Part shown: piece by piece, positions 34,301 to 48,050 of the stretch
How the letters are laid out: each line of letters begins with the position of its first letter
Position numbering within the stretch: position 1 is the stretch's first letter
Origin: Hypanus sabinus
Lineage: Eukaryota
DNA length: 64,000 nt
Direction: 5' to 3'
Assembly: GCF_030144855.1 (NCBI RefSeq)
Contig: NC_082721.1
Location: forward strand, 20,956,001-21,020,000
The notes under the pieces: model-generated
The model's database searches: none
The model's input: only the letters and a program-made list of their open reading frames with translations
Told to the model about the DNA's origin: nothing
Position numbers and translations under genes: made by a program

Positions 34301-37300
34301 CATGGGAAGCGGTTGGGAAGTGGATAGAAGAGTGGATTCAACAAAATGTTCAAAGCTCCCTTGAGAGGTATAACATCTCACAGATCTGTGGAAATCCTAG
34401 GCACGCGACAGCTGAAAATGGAGAAGGATTCAGAATCTTTGACTGCTGTATGTCGGAGGCTATGTAAACGCAGTATGGATGGCAACTCCTTCCAACTACA
34501 CATTCACTCCCTCATCAAACGTTTCCTTCAGTACATTCTGCATTCTGCAGAGTGTCCAGTACTGTACTCATTGGTCTCCTCAGAAACTTATGGGAGTAAG
34601 TCACTGTGTAAACTGTGGAACTGCCCAAGCAGAACTAAGATATCCAAGGAAATAAGATTAGCATATTTTACATTGATATTTTAGGAGGCAGATCATAGTC
34701 CAAAAACTATTTCCTTCTATGACTTTCTAACCTCTCTGTCATCTCCAAGTCAACCCTAAGATTTACAGAGCAAGGAACATTTATGTTGGAATGATTGTAC
34801 CTCAGAATGTGAATTATTGGAGTTACAAGATTTTCCCAAGCAGAACATCTGTGTAAGTGTAGGATTCCCAAGAGAATGTGATCCACAGAACATTGAACTT
34901 TGCTTCAAGAGAGTCTCAAGCTGCTGACTAAACTCTTTGGATTGCAAAGACTTTGTATGCAGTCCAAATGTCAACACTGAGGATGTACGAGTTTCCAATT
35001 CCTATTTTGGTGGTCAAGGTAGAGTTCCAAGACTGCAATTATGGAAATGAGGTCACAGTGTTAATAGCAGCCTTCAGAAAGATTAATGCCAATGCCAGCA
35101 TCTGGTCACTAAATTGGTTTCTCAACAATGAATGCTTACCACATGGGTATAGCTGAATTTACTAGTTTGCAGATTCATTCTTCCTTAAATGTAGAAAGCT
35201 TGTGAACGGGTTTGGGAATTCTGTGCACAGCATTCATTCTTTATATCCTGGTTCTGTGAAGTTGATCTGCTGCTCAATAGTCCAATGTGACACTGTATCA
35301 ATATTTTTTGATAATATTCCTAAAGTATCAGAGGTACTGCAGAAACCTTGTTAAATAGACACCAGTTTGAAAAAAACACAATTTCCATGAATATGTAGAC
35401 TGGAATTCACAAGAGATTTAACAACCTCTGGACACTCTTTGAAGAGGAGAAGGAGAGTTCGCCCTCATATCTTGGCTATTATGTATCCATCAATCAATAT
35501 AAGAGAAACTGAATGTCTGATGATTTTCCACTGCTGTTTATTTCTGCACTCAGATGTAACAGCCTCTATGGGGCCATCCAAAGGTGTTATTGTCTTTTTT
35601 ATGATTGCAAGACACTACTGGGCATTAAGAACTTCAAGTACTGCGGGTTTAGCCCATCAGCGAGGTGCTTGTTAGCGGAGGAGCTGGACTTGGTGCAGAC
35701 CATGTTGCAGCCTGCTACAGAAAGGCGTCGGAGTTGGTGCACAAAGGTGGTGAACAGTCTAACAGCGATCGCAAGACCCTGCTGGACCTTGATAATGTGG
35801 AATGCAAGTAGGGTTTCTGGTTTATTGGTGAGACCGATGGAGGGGCAGTGGCGTGGCCTTAGTTGTAGAACAGACTAGGCTTCATGCCACAGTGTCTCCT
35901 ATCGCAGCTGCCCAGAAGAGGTGACCCCAAAGTCTGTGCTGGATTGGGGGTGGCTCCAGCTATTGGTGCTGCCCTCTAGTGTTCACTTGATGGAAGACAG
36001 GCTGGACTGCATTTGTCTGCGGCGTGCTGCAGGCTTGTTCTTGCCAGCTACACCTAGGGATTCAAGGACTTGAGCTATATTATATAATTGCTTGCGTAAC
36101 TTTATGTTTACTGCTATGTTATGTGTGTTATACATGCCTTGTGCTGTGCATGGCTGTTGCTACTATGTTTAGTACCTTGGCCTTGGAGGAATGCCGTTTC
36201 ATTTGGCTGTGCTCATGTATGGTTGAATGACAATGCGGAACTTCTTTTGCAGTGATGCAAGCCTGCTTTTCCGAGCTGCTTTTCATTTAACATTTCCAGT
36301 TTCTTCCCCTCCACTCCCAAATATCCAACTTCTCAAAAACCGTTCACTGTTTCGATATTCTTCATGCCCAAAGGTATGGTCATCTCACCAAGTAAGTGTG
36401 TCACTAGCAATGACTAGACCTCAGACCTTGGATCCTCTGACTTGCCTCCAATGTCCTTAGGACAATCTACAACTATCGAAAGGCATTTTAAACTAATTTT
36501 TCAAAATGGGTTTGAGAATCAGTAACAGAGATAATGAAAGTATAAAACTCACCAGAACAAATTAAAAGATATAACACTAAGGGGTTACCAAGTGGATGCA
36601 AAATGAAACTCTTAATTTTAATGAGCCCTAAATCAGATTGATCAGAGCTTTACAGTTATCTTGATGTTTCTCTATATAATCACTCATAGGCCATGCTCTC
36701 TTCTTGCTGCTGCCATCAAGCAGAAAGTTCAGGAACAGTTATTACCCCTCAGCCATCAGGCTCCTGAACCAAAGTGGATAACCTTACTCTACTTCACTTG
36801 CCACATCACTAAACTGTTCCCATAACCTATGGACTCACTCTCAAGGACCCGTTCCCTCATGTTCTCAATATACATTGCTTATTTATTTATTTATTATTAT
36901 TATGATCTCTTTCTTTTTGTATTTGCACAGTTTGTTGTCTTTTACACACTGGTTAAATGCCCACGTCATGGTTATTATTCTATTATAGATTTATTGAGTA
37001 TGCCTGCAAGGAAATGAATTTCAGAGTTGAACTTTGAACCTTGAATATTCCTACAAGTGGAATCCTCTTTGAAATAAAATAGTAGAGACATACTAAGAAA
37101 GATTTTAAAAAATCACCTGTGCTTAAACCTTTAATCATGGTTGGTAGTTCAGTTTAGTACATTAGTGTTCCATTGTTGGATAGAGTGCTGGGCTCTACGG
37201 TGGAATGGATGGTCAGGTATTTGCCATTGATCTCCAGGTCAGACCTGTCTGCTGCAGTGAGTGGGCATCGAAGTCAGAGACCAACTGGCCTGCATGGGAA

Positions 37301-37387
37301 ATATAAATGTGCGGGAGAGGAACACAAGCTTGGTTCCCACGTCACCAGGATCAGTTGATAAGGTTAGTTCTCTGGGAAGGTGAGATC

Positions 37388-37640
37388 TTTTTTTTTCATT
37401 TTCCATCTTTTTTTTATTGATTTTTAAACAAAAAAAAGATTAGTTACAAATCAGAGGAGAAGCTATAACAAATATGTAATGCAAAAAATGTGCAAACAAC
37501 AAAAGTGATGTATACTGTCAAACTCATATAAATATAATATTAAGCTATTGTGCATAAACAACTCCTCTTGGCAAATCATACAAAAAAAAAAGACCAGAAA
37601 TATTTATAATAGAGAGAAAAAAAACCATTAAACTAACCTA
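37388..37640 (-). mobile_element. 5'-truncated polyadenylated insertion (L1-type 3' UTR) with a 31-bp TSD
   Basis: Flanking direct repeat gataaggttagttctctgggaag[g/a]t[g/a]agatc at 37357-37387 and 37641-37671. Starts with poly-T; AATAAA on minus. Confidence 0.8.
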
Positions 37641-38159
37641 GATAAGGTTAGTTCTCTGGGAAGATAAGATCAAAGGGCCCTTGGTGTACAAAATACCATG
37701 ATTATTTTTCTACTTCCAAAGGTCACAACTGGTGTTTCGTAACAGTTCACAGACCTCGGTAGCAAATAACTCTCATGGTCTGTTGGATGGGGTGATTTTT
37801 TTGAGTCTGAACTTCCAAAATGTAACCATATCACCTTCCTGTTACGCATGGTTCAAGAGGCTCAGCAGCCCCTCTGCATTTCACACAGCTATCCAGTTGT
37901 ATGCACACTAAAGACTGGGCAACACTTGTCCAGACCCTGGGAGCATTAGTGAATTATTAGAACCAAAAGCAATTCATTCCACATTTTCTCTCTTCCACAG
38001 AGAGATATTGTTGCAGCAAAGCCTTCTTCAGCACATCGAAACAACTTTAGTATAATAGCAAAACCTTCTCTAACAATAGAAAGCATGATCATGGATCCTC
38101 TGAATTCAATGCCATTACCACCACACAATCTCCCTCTATTGAGAAGGACAAGAACGTGG

Positions 38160-38910
38160 GAACTTCAACACACCATAGAAAGCATTGTATCAGACACATC
38201 ACAACTTGGTTGGGCAACTCCTCTGCCCAAGATTGCAAGAAACTGCAGAGTTGTAGTCACAGCTCAGCACATGACCAAAACCAGCCTCCACTCCATAGAT
38301 TCTATGCACATGTCTCAGTAAGGCTACCAGCATCATCAAAGACCCAGCTGCCCAGACATTCTTTCTTCATCCCCCGGGCAGAAGATACAAAAACCTGAAA
38401 GCACATAATACCAGGCCCAAGGACAGCTGTTATCAGACTATTTGACTGGTCCTCTGGTAGGATACGCTTTTGACATTACAATCTACATTGTTTTGACCTT
38501 GGGCCTCATTGTCTACCTGCATTGCACTGCACTTTCTATGGACAATAGGTGCAGAAGTAGACCATTCAGCCCCTCAAGCCTGCACCACCATTCTGAGATC
38601 ATGGCTGATCATTCACTATCAATACCCAGTCCCTGCCTTGTCCCCATATCCCTTGATTCCCCTATCCATAAGATACCTATCTAGCTCCTTCTTGAAAGCA
38701 TACAGAGAACTGGCCTCCACTGCCTTCTGAGACAGTGCATTCCAGACCCCCACAACTCTCTGGGAGAAGTTTCTCTTTCAGTGTAGCACTTTGTTCTGTA
38801 CTCTGTTAGTATTTTATCTTGTACCTCCTCAATGCACTCTTGTAATGAAATGATCAGTGTGGATGGTATGCAAATCACTTTACCCCGGTCACCTAACAAT
38901 AATAAACCAA
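38160..38910 (+). mobile_element. Rex1 3' fragment with an antisense CR1 tail nested at ~38541-38770
   Basis: TIESIVS..ITTWLGNSSAQDCKKLQ. Tail gcactgcactttct | cagtgtagcac is interrupted by ggacaataggtgcagaagtagaccattc...tgggagaag. Confidence 0.7.
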
Positions 38911-39032
38911 ATTTCCAACACTGCCATTTTCATCTATCTAATGTATCACATTGAATCCTGATTTGCAAGTATATTGCCACTCATTTGGTTAAATAATAGA
39001 ACTCCCTGCTGAGCAACACTGGGATTACCTTC

Positions 39033-39629
39033 CCAGTGTTACGCTCTGTCCGCCAGAGAAAGCAGGATCTCCCAGTGGCCACAGATTTTAATTCCACGTC
39101 CCATTCCCATTCTGATATGTCTATCCATGGCCTCCTCTACTATCAAGATGAATCCACACTCAGGTTGGAGGAACAACACCTTATATACCGGCTGGGTAGC
39201 CTGCAACCTGATGGCATGAACATTGACTTCTCTAACTTCCGTTAATGTCCCTCCTCCCCTTCTTACCTCATCCCTGACATACTTAGTTGTTTTTTTCTCT
39301 CTCTCTGCCCATCACTCTCCCTGTTCTCCATCTCCCTCTGGTGCTGCCCTCCTCCTTTCTTTCTCCTGAGGCTTCCCATCCCATGATCCTTTCCCTTCTC
39401 CAGCTCTGTCTCCCTTTAGCCAATCACCTTTCCAGCTCTTAGCTTCATCCCACCCCCTCTGGCCTTCTCCTATCATTTTGCATTTTCCCCTCCACCCACT
39501 ACTTTCAAATCTCTTACTATCTTTCCTTTCAGTTAGTCCTGATGAAGGGTCTCGGCCCGAAACGTTGACAGCGTTTCTCCCATAGATGCTGCCTGGCCTG
39601 CTGTGTTCCACCAGCATTTTGTGTGTGTT
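39033..39629 (+). mobile_element. Penelope-like element 3' end: GIY-YIG endonuclease C-terminus, pyrimidine-rich UTR, hammerhead
   Basis: LPVATDFNSTSHSHSDMSIHGL...RLEEQHLIYRLGSLQPDGMNIDF (PxGxN motif). Candidate TSD gatta[c/t]cttc at 39023-39032 and 39630-39639. Confidence 0.92.
39531..39571 (+). ncRNA. Minimal type-I hammerhead ribozyme (PLE-type)
   Basis: GTC-CTGATGA-A-GGGTCTCGGCCC-GAAA-CG-TT^GAC; the GUU triplet still obeys the NUH rule. Confidence 0.82.
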
Positions 39630-40445
39630 GATTATCTTCACCATATTGAATGCAGTGGTTCAAGAAGGCAACTGGACAATGAATGACAGACTAGCAACAC
39701 TTCACAAGAAGGTGAATGTTTTGGTCTGATAATGTCATATTTAAAATTAGGTTGTTTTCTCTAGCTCAAAATAAATTGCACAATTTCCACATTTAGCTTC
39801 TAATTTCATTGGAGTATTTCCTCCTTTGCTGAATTTGCAATGATCCCACTGATCTCTGGTAAATAAATCGCAATGAGAATGTCAGAGTGCAGGATTTAAT
39901 AACATTCATGTGGAGCACTGTACAAATATAGGGCTGCCACATGTTAAGGAATGTTGAATGCTCTTCTCGCCTCATGTTAGCAAGTTATAGGCAAAATTGT
40001 GAAGCATTAGTAGAAAGTCAGAAAAGGGTACTCAAAACCATATACTACCCTGAGATTCGCTTTCTTGTGAGTATTCACAGTAAATGCAAAGAAACACAAT
40101 GGAATTAATGATAAACTACATGCAAACAAAGATGGACAAACAACGAATGTGCAAAAGAAGACAAATTGTGCAAATACGTACAAAAATAATAAATAATATT
40201 GACAACATGAATTGGAGAGCTGGTTTTTAAGCTAAGTATTTAAGGATCTTTTCCTTCTTCTGCGACATATAAATAGGGAGAATCTGTGCTTTATTTCACA
40301 ATCCTTTAATGGGTAAGAAGCTTCAGTTACACGTGGGCAGACAGAGTAAAGGGTGAGCCAGTTTGGTGGATGTGTTCAAAATCATCAGGTGTGCAGATAG
40401 AGAAGATATGGTGGAAGTGTCAAGAACCAGTGGACACAGATTTAA

Positions 40446-40652
40446 AGCAACACACGCAAAATGCTAGAAGATCTCAGCAGGCCAGGTAGCACCCATGGAA
40501 AATAGTAAACAGTCAATGTTTTGGGCTGATCCCTCTTTGGGACTGAAGGAGAGTATTGGCATGAATCGTTGACCGTTTGCTATTTTCTCTAAATGCTTCC
40601 TGGCCAGCTGAGTTCCTCCAGTATTTTGTGTATGTTGTATCTGCAGATTTTG
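40446..40652. mobile_element. Fold-back pair of PLE termini, decayed
   Basis: caacacacgcaaaatgctag...ctcagcaggccaggtagca / tgcttcctggccagctgagttcctccagtattttgtgtatgttg. A similar unit lies at 44982-45132. Confidence 0.75.
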
Positions 40653-40719
40653 CATGTTTGGAACAAAGATTTTTAAAAGTTTTCTAATCAACAGTGAATG
40701 ACATGAGGGAAAGCATTTC

Positions 40720-40962
40720 TTTATTATTCAGAGATATAACATGGTAACAATTAACAATCCCAACAGGCCCAATGAGCTTGCACCACCCAATAACAACCAT
40801 GTGACCAATTCACCCATACGTGTCTGGAAAGTGGGAGGCAACCCAAGCACCGGGAGGAAACCCACGTCATCACGGACAGAATATAAACCTCCTGACAGCA
40901 GTGGGAATTGAACCGAGATTGCTGGCGTTGTAAAGCCTTACACTAATCACTACGCTACCATC
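40720..40962 (-). mobile_element. V-domain tRNA-SINE
   Basis: gtgggaggcaacccaagcaccgggaggaaacccacg. Confidence 0.7.
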
Positions 40963-43900
40963 ATGCAATAAATGCCCTCAAGCTGAAATTCCTTCTGCCC
41001 AGAAGAATGTTGAAATCAAATTTATCTATCACTTGCTGAAGAGAATTAGATGGGTATTTGAAAAAGAGAATAGTTACAGAATTCAAGGGAAAGGTCTGAA
41101 GTGGACTGAGCAAGAAACTGCTAGAGGTCTGCTTCTATACCGAAACCATACCATCATCCTTTCAAACTATATTAGATACACATGAGTGCATTGAAGTGGT
41201 TGCAGCTCTTGGCTATAATGGGAATTCCTCAAGGTTCACTGGTTCAGATTACAAATAGATGTTATGATCAAGCTCTCAAAGGCTACTCCTTATCCAGTAA
41301 GTGGAAGGCGGTGATATTTTCACCATTAATAAATCATTTTTCATCAGTTACTTATGGATTCCTTCTTCAACATGGCAATGTTGATCTTGGGATTGTTTTG
41401 CAACTCTTGCTCAATCTCGTGCAAGTGACAATCTACATAAGCGACCCAAGATAATAACAATTAATGACTGGAAGAGAATTCAGCCTTTCATTCCTCAACC
41501 AACATCCATAAATATTTACCAACTTGGGTCTCTGGAGACCGATTGAGAGAAGAGAGGCTGGATAGACTTCTTTATCTAATCTTTGAGTGCAAAATAAATT
41601 TGGTACCATGCTGACAGAAGACAAGGGATCAAAGCACCATGTTCTGGATCTCTGTAGCTTGATTTAATAACAAACAGCACATTCTCCAGTTTCAAAGAAC
41701 CTTTACCATGGCTCAGTGGGATCACCTGCCTAAAATTAAAAAAAACGGGAGTTAAAGAGCTTTTCAGGGAATTTAACATTCAGCCAAGCTGTCAGTTCCC
41801 TGCAGGACTGTGAGAGGGCTTCATGGGCAGAGGTGATGACTTTCAGATGAAATGAGAGTCTGTCTGTTCACCAAGCACTACATGAAAGACCTCATGGATT
41901 GCAGAAAACAAGTACTGTACATACATCAATAAGATCCTGGTTGACAGTATGAAAAGTGCTATATAAGCATAAATCTTTTTGAGTTGAAATTTCTTTTAGG
42001 TCTGTGTTTTGATAATTTGCTCCAACACTCCTAAAAATTTAAAAAGCTCGGGTTAAATAACTTTTGAATGAGTTAAACCTTCAGTATAGAATGGATGGGA
42101 GATTTAGATTGGGATGAATTTAGGGTTCCATCAGAATCATCAAAAAGCTCTTGCCTCAATTAGACACAACACAAAAAGGAGCTGGAGGAACTCAATGGTT
42201 TAGGCAGCATCAATGGCAGAAAAGATTCAGTTGACATATTTGGTCAAGACCCGTAATCAGGACTTGAAAGCTTCTTCCTCTCAGATTACTGAATGGTCCT
42301 TGAACCCATGGACATTATCTTGTCATTTCTTTTATTGCACTATTTATTTTGCAATTTATAGTGATCTTATGATTTTGTACTGTACTTCTGCAACCAAAGA
42401 AACAAATTTTACGTCATATAAGACAGTGATAATAAACCGAATCGGAAAGATTCAGGTGAGGGGGAGGGTGATAGGCAGCTGAGGGGGGGGGGGGGGGGGT
42501 GGAGTAAGAATGATGTAAGAATCTGCGAGGTGATAGGTGGAAGTAACAAAGAGCCGAAGAAGATTGAATCTGATAGGAGAGGATTTTGTGCCACATGACT
42601 TCCAGACTTGTGTCTCTATAACGTACACAATTCCAGCATGGTGCTTGCTAAATGCGGTTTATGAAGTCTATTCAAATGCTAATTAGAAAAATTAAGATGG
42701 GCAATTAGCATGTTGGCATTTCAAGTTCTTTATTTATTGCTTATTTATTTTTTTATTATAATTTTTTTATTTGTATTTGCACGTTGGTTCTTTGTCCATC
42801 CTCCTGGGTGCCGTCTTCCATCGATTCTTTTTTGTTTCTTGGATTTACTGTGCATGGCTGCAAGAAAACGAATCTCAGGGTTGTATATGGTGATATACAT
42901 GTACTTAGAAAATAAATTCACTTTGAACTTTGTTACCTCACTAAATATTAAGAATGGACTTGCCCAGTGTGTCAGCTGTTATGATTAAGGTAAGATGGGT
43001 GACTAGTGAACCCCAAATTATAATAAAAGAACACCAAAAACAAGGTAAACTTTGATGTCTGCATACAAAGTGGACTTTGCAAACCAATACAAATACATGA
43101 GTGAGCACTGTAGCTAGTTTAATATTTCCAGGTACATAATGACATCTTTAAGTTCCAACTTTGGTAGTTCAACATTTTGCAATAGCCTTTTGAGAAAGAC
43201 TTTGTCACAGAAAGAATTTGTGGAGAGTCACAGAACATTGTGATCTCAGTTACAATCTAAGTTGGCACTGAACCTCTAGCAAATTAATCTGAAAGTCCAA
43301 TAAATCCTTTTTAAAACAAACAAGTCATATATCCTGTTTATTAATATGTTTCTTTAGACACAGCTGTAATATGAAGACAGGATATTTTGTCCATTAGCAA
43401 TGCTACAGTTGAACGCAAGAAACAATCTTATTGCCCGTACTTTTCAAGGAAATATACTTTTCCCAAGTGAATCTGTATTTCCACTGAAAAGTACATCTGT
43501 AAAGGTGAGACAAGAATATGACCTTTTAAAAGTTCTGAAACAGTAAATGCATATTGGAATGAACAGAGGCATATTTAAAGTGTGAACTTTCAGTTAAGTT
43601 TTCAGGAGGCTAAAATGAGGAAGCCTTGAGGAACGTTTAGAACAATATTGGTCACACCCACCCCTCCCTAATTACTCAAATGCAGCCTGACTTTCTTTGT
43701 CACAAAAAAATAAGAAATTTCAACCTTTCAATAAGCTGTGGCTGATCTGATTGTTGGCTTCAAACCCACTTTCCTGTCTGATTCTCATTGATCCCCTATC
43801 CCTTTGTTGTTTAAAAGCGTACCTGGCCAACATTAGATATTTCAGCCAACCTCTAAGCCTTGCTTAGAATAAAAGAGCCAAAATTCTGCAGTGTAAACAA

Positions 43901-45634
43901 CTCACAGACCCCAGTATCAGGAGTAAAGTGGAGTTCCATTGTTGGAAATGACGCCATTCACTTATGGCCACAGAGGTCAGTGCGTCATCTATCTGTCAAT
44001 TTTGTCCTCTCCAACAGAAAAATTTGCAGACGTTTATTAAGCCACAAGAATTTGTATGTTCCTGTCAATGACTTCCCACTGAGACCTACTGAGTGACCCT
44101 GTGTGATTCTGCGATAAATCCATACCACTGAAACAATGGAGAGGGAAAAGTATTTTTTCTCTGTTAAGGAACAGCTTGAGAGTGTACTCTGGACAAACTA
44201 TTACAAAAACCATGAGATCTCCAGAATATCATAAAACAAAACAATTTTGTTCGCCATTATCATTCATGGTCGGAAATCTGCCGCCCTTACCTTTCCTTGT
44301 GTCTCAACTAGTCCACATTCATCGAAGTGGTCGAACCCAAGCTATACACTTATAGTTAACTGTTCTGATGCCAAGTGTGGGGTTTAGTGCAGTGCTTTTT
44401 AGTAGCAGTGGTGAAATTGGGGTTTGATTCCAGCTGCTGTCTTGAAATAGATTTACGCTGTCCCTATGTGGGCATGCTATGTTGGTGCTGAGGGGGAGGG
44501 TCATTGCTTTGCTGCTGCTTGTGCATGAGAGAAGGGGAGAGAAGGGGTTCACAAGATCACAAGACAAAGGAGCAGGAGTAGGCCATTTGCCAGCAAAGGC
44601 AACATCCGATGACCAAATAATATTGAAATCAGCTTGATGAAACTCACCCCTCCCTAACAAGCAATAAGTGAGGGTCTAAAGCAAAACTGTTTCTAGAATA
44701 CAGGAAATATGTGATAAAAAGGAAATTGTGGGAAAATTCCACACAAGATCAGTGGGAAGAAAGCAGAGATAATGTTTCACAAGAAGTCAAATGTGTTTAA
44801 GAGTAATTTTAGGAACTAAGATAGGACCAAAGGCCAACATTTGCTCCACCCCTTCCAGCCAGCAAATACATCACCAGTCTTCTTAACACTTATTTGTACA
44901 CACAATGAGTGAATCTGAATATTCATTCCGCATTAAGTTAGACAATAAACCTTAAATTTGCTTCACCCTGTATAATAACTAGCAACACAAGTGATTCTGC
45001 TGATGCTGGAAGTCTTGAGCAACACTCACACAATGTTGGAGGAACTCAGCAGCGGTCTCAACCGGAAACTTTGACTCCGTATTCTCCTCCAGAGTTACTT
45101 GCTGGGTTCCTCAACATTTTGTCTGTGTTGCTATAAAAAGATCAGTATTGTGCCAAAGTCCAGAATCAGTTGCACAGTTCAAAATCAGTTTCCTTATTTG
45201 ACGACATGAAGAGCACTGGCAAAATCAGAACCCAAGTTCACAGGAATGACAGACTCTAATTCAGCAATGACGATGAGAGTTCGTTCATAATATTCCAAAA
45301 GAACATCAGTGGTCAATTGACACCATGAAAAAGTTACATTCTCAAAACTAGGAGCCCGTGATTAGTGCTAATCGGGCATCCACTTAAATAATACAAGCAA
45401 CACAGAATCCTTGACCCCATCAAAATAATCTTAACAGAGATCACTAGGAAACTGCAATACAAATAGTGAGTCCCTCAAGAAAATACAGGGAACTCTAAAT
45501 GATCAACAACTCTCATTAAACAACTATTAACCAATTCAGGGGCTCTGAAAACCTCGGAGCCCAATGCTGTCTGACATCCCCCACAGGCCCAAGTAGCACA
45601 TTACACTTGATTTCCCATTGTTTGTGTTGAACAT

Positions 45635-48050
45635 TTAAGTTTCAAGGTTGTTTAATGTTATTTCCAATACATAAGTGTAGAGGAGAATGAAATAATTGTT
45701 ACAATAAATAAAAATAAATTCCTGAAAGCAGCAGAAGACAAATGGGCCAATAGAAAGGATCACTGCAGCTCCGGCAGAGCTGAGACCACTTGTACATGTG
45801 AGCTTTGCAGCTGAGATTGCCTCTCTGACATTGGGCTTGTCAGCCACAGATGGTGCTACACCAACAATGTATACAACATGGAGCTTTCCTGTCTGCTGCA
45901 GTGCAGCTTCAGCAGCATGCTGTTATGCGGCATGTTAGGATGTGCATCTGCAGAACCTACTGCACGTCTGCAGAAGGTCTTGAGTACTGATGTGAATGGT
46001 CCAGTTCTCTTCAGCCTCCTCCAGAATAGGAGTGTTGGTGAGCTTTCTTGATTGTGTAGGATGTGTTCTGGGACCACAAGAGGTTGTGCGTGATGTACAC
46101 TCCCAGAAGTTTGAAATTGTTCACAACGTTAAAAGGTGTGTGAGTGCTGTGAGGTCTCCTGAAGTTGATAACCATCTCCCTTGCCTTGTTGGCATCAAGG
46201 AAGAGGTTATTTGCCTGGCACCAAGCCTTAAGCTCTTCCATCTCCGGTGACGAACTTGACAATGTGATTACTTGGGCATTTGGCTGTGCAGTTGCATTTG
46301 AGCCCTAAATTAAAGCAGTGGGCTCAGCACACAGCCCGTGGAGGCACCTGCCTTGAGGATGGTGGGGAGGTAGGTGCAGTTGTGCAGCTATGCCAGCTGA
46401 CGTCTGTTAGTTAGGAAGCCCAACACCCAGTGCTGCATTTAGACCTAAGAGTAGGAGTTTGTTCACCAATGTATGTTGGACAATAGTGCTGAATGCCAAA
46501 CTGAAATACAGGAAGAGCATTCTGACATAAATGACCTTGTTTTCTATGTGTATCAGGGCCCAGTGCAAGACAGATGCTGCAGAACAGTTCTGACCATAAG
46601 GATATTGCCAAGTGTCCAGTATGATGTCATAGAGTTTTGAGGTGTGCCATTACCAGCCATTCAAAACACTTCACCAAGATAGGCATCAGTGCCACTGGGC
46701 AGTAATCATTTAGTTCTGAAGGTGTAGAGATCTTTGATACAGGGATGATTGAAGCATGTGGGGACAGCAGTTGGGATGAGTGAAGTGTTGATCTGTGAAG
46801 ACATCAATAAGCTGGTGTTCACACTTTCCGAGTACTTGGCCCGGGATTTTATCCGGCCCTGCAGCCTTACGGGGGCTGACTCTTGGCAGTGTCCTTCTCA
46901 CTTTGGCTGTTGTTACAGACAGTGGCCAATCACCTGGAAGGGATAGCTTTCATGGCTGGCATTGTGTTGCATGTCTTGAAGCATGTTTAGAGTATTGGGG
47001 AGGGAGGTGTCACTGGTAAAGTCAATACTGTTTTTCTTTGCTTAGTCTGTAATACCATTGATGGCCAGCCACAAATGTTGGGGATTATCGGACAGGTGTT
47101 CCTAATTTTTTTTGTGTGTAGGCAGCCTTTGTCTTTGATGCCTAAAATCACATTTCTCCTGACTGCTGTAAGAGCTGTTCTGTCTCCAGACATGAAGGCA
47201 ACATGCCAGGCTTTTAGTAGGGAGTGCACCTCTGCATTCAGCCAGGGCGTCTGGTTGGGCTGTCAGATGACCATTCTTGAGGTACATAAGAACATAAGAA
47301 ATAGGAGCAGGAGTAGGCCATCCGGCCCATCGAGCCTGCCCCGCCATTCAATAAGATCATGGCTGATCTGTCGGTAAACTCAGCTCCATCTACCTGCCTT
47401 TTCCCTATAACCCTTAATTCCCCTACTAAGTAAAAATCTATCTACCCGCATCTTAAATATATTTAGTGAAGAAGCCTCAACTGATTCCCTGGGATTCACC
47501 ACTCTCTGTGAAAAACAGTTTGTCCTCATCTCCATCCTAAATCTTCTCCCTTGAATCTTGAGACAATGTCCCCTAGGTCTAGTCTCACCTACCAATGGAA
47601 ACAATTTTCCTACTTCTATCTTGTCTACTCCTTTCAAAATTTTGTATGTTTCTATAAGATCCCCTCTCATTCTTCTGAATTCCAGAGAGTATAGTCCCAG
47701 GCAAATCAATCTCTCCTAATAAGTTAACCCCTTCATCTCTGGAATCAACCTGGTGAACCTCCTTTGCGCTGCCTCCAAAGCCAGTATATCCTTCCTCAAG
47801 TATGGAGACCAGAACTGCACACGGTATTCCAGGTGCAGCCTCACCAGTACCCTGTATAGTTGCAGCATGAGCTCCCTGCTCTTGAATTCAGTCCCTCTAA
47901 CAATGACAACCAACGTCATCTACACACTTACACATGTTGCCAGTGACAGCTGAGGCATACAGTATTCCTCAAGGTCTGTGTCTTCCACGTTTGTGGCGGC
48001 CTCCTTGAACATCTGCCAAGTAGTCTGTTCAAAGCAGGTCTGAGGCGTAA
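45635..48050 (-). mobile_element. Long decayed Rex1/Babar LINE, interrupted by a CR1
   Basis: CFEQTTWQMFKEAAT...KCVDDV | PNQTPWLNAEVHSLLKA..., RKAAGPDKIPG, ELKAWCQANNLFLDANKAREMVINFR, FKLLGVYIT. Confidence 0.88.
47284..47910 (-). mobile_element. Young CR1 3' fragment nested in Rex1
   Basis: LQLYRVLVRLHLEYRVQFWSPYLRKDILALEAAQRRFTRLIP; LYSLEFRRMRGDLIETYKIL; (TTCTTATG)n tail. Confidence 0.93.

Noticed and set aside
34346-34684. 112-aa plus-strand ORF in unique DNA (also 27706-27969 and 31440-31880)
   Set aside because: No recognisable motif or supporting splice partner; 31440-31880 overlaps a PLE pyrimidine-rich UTR.
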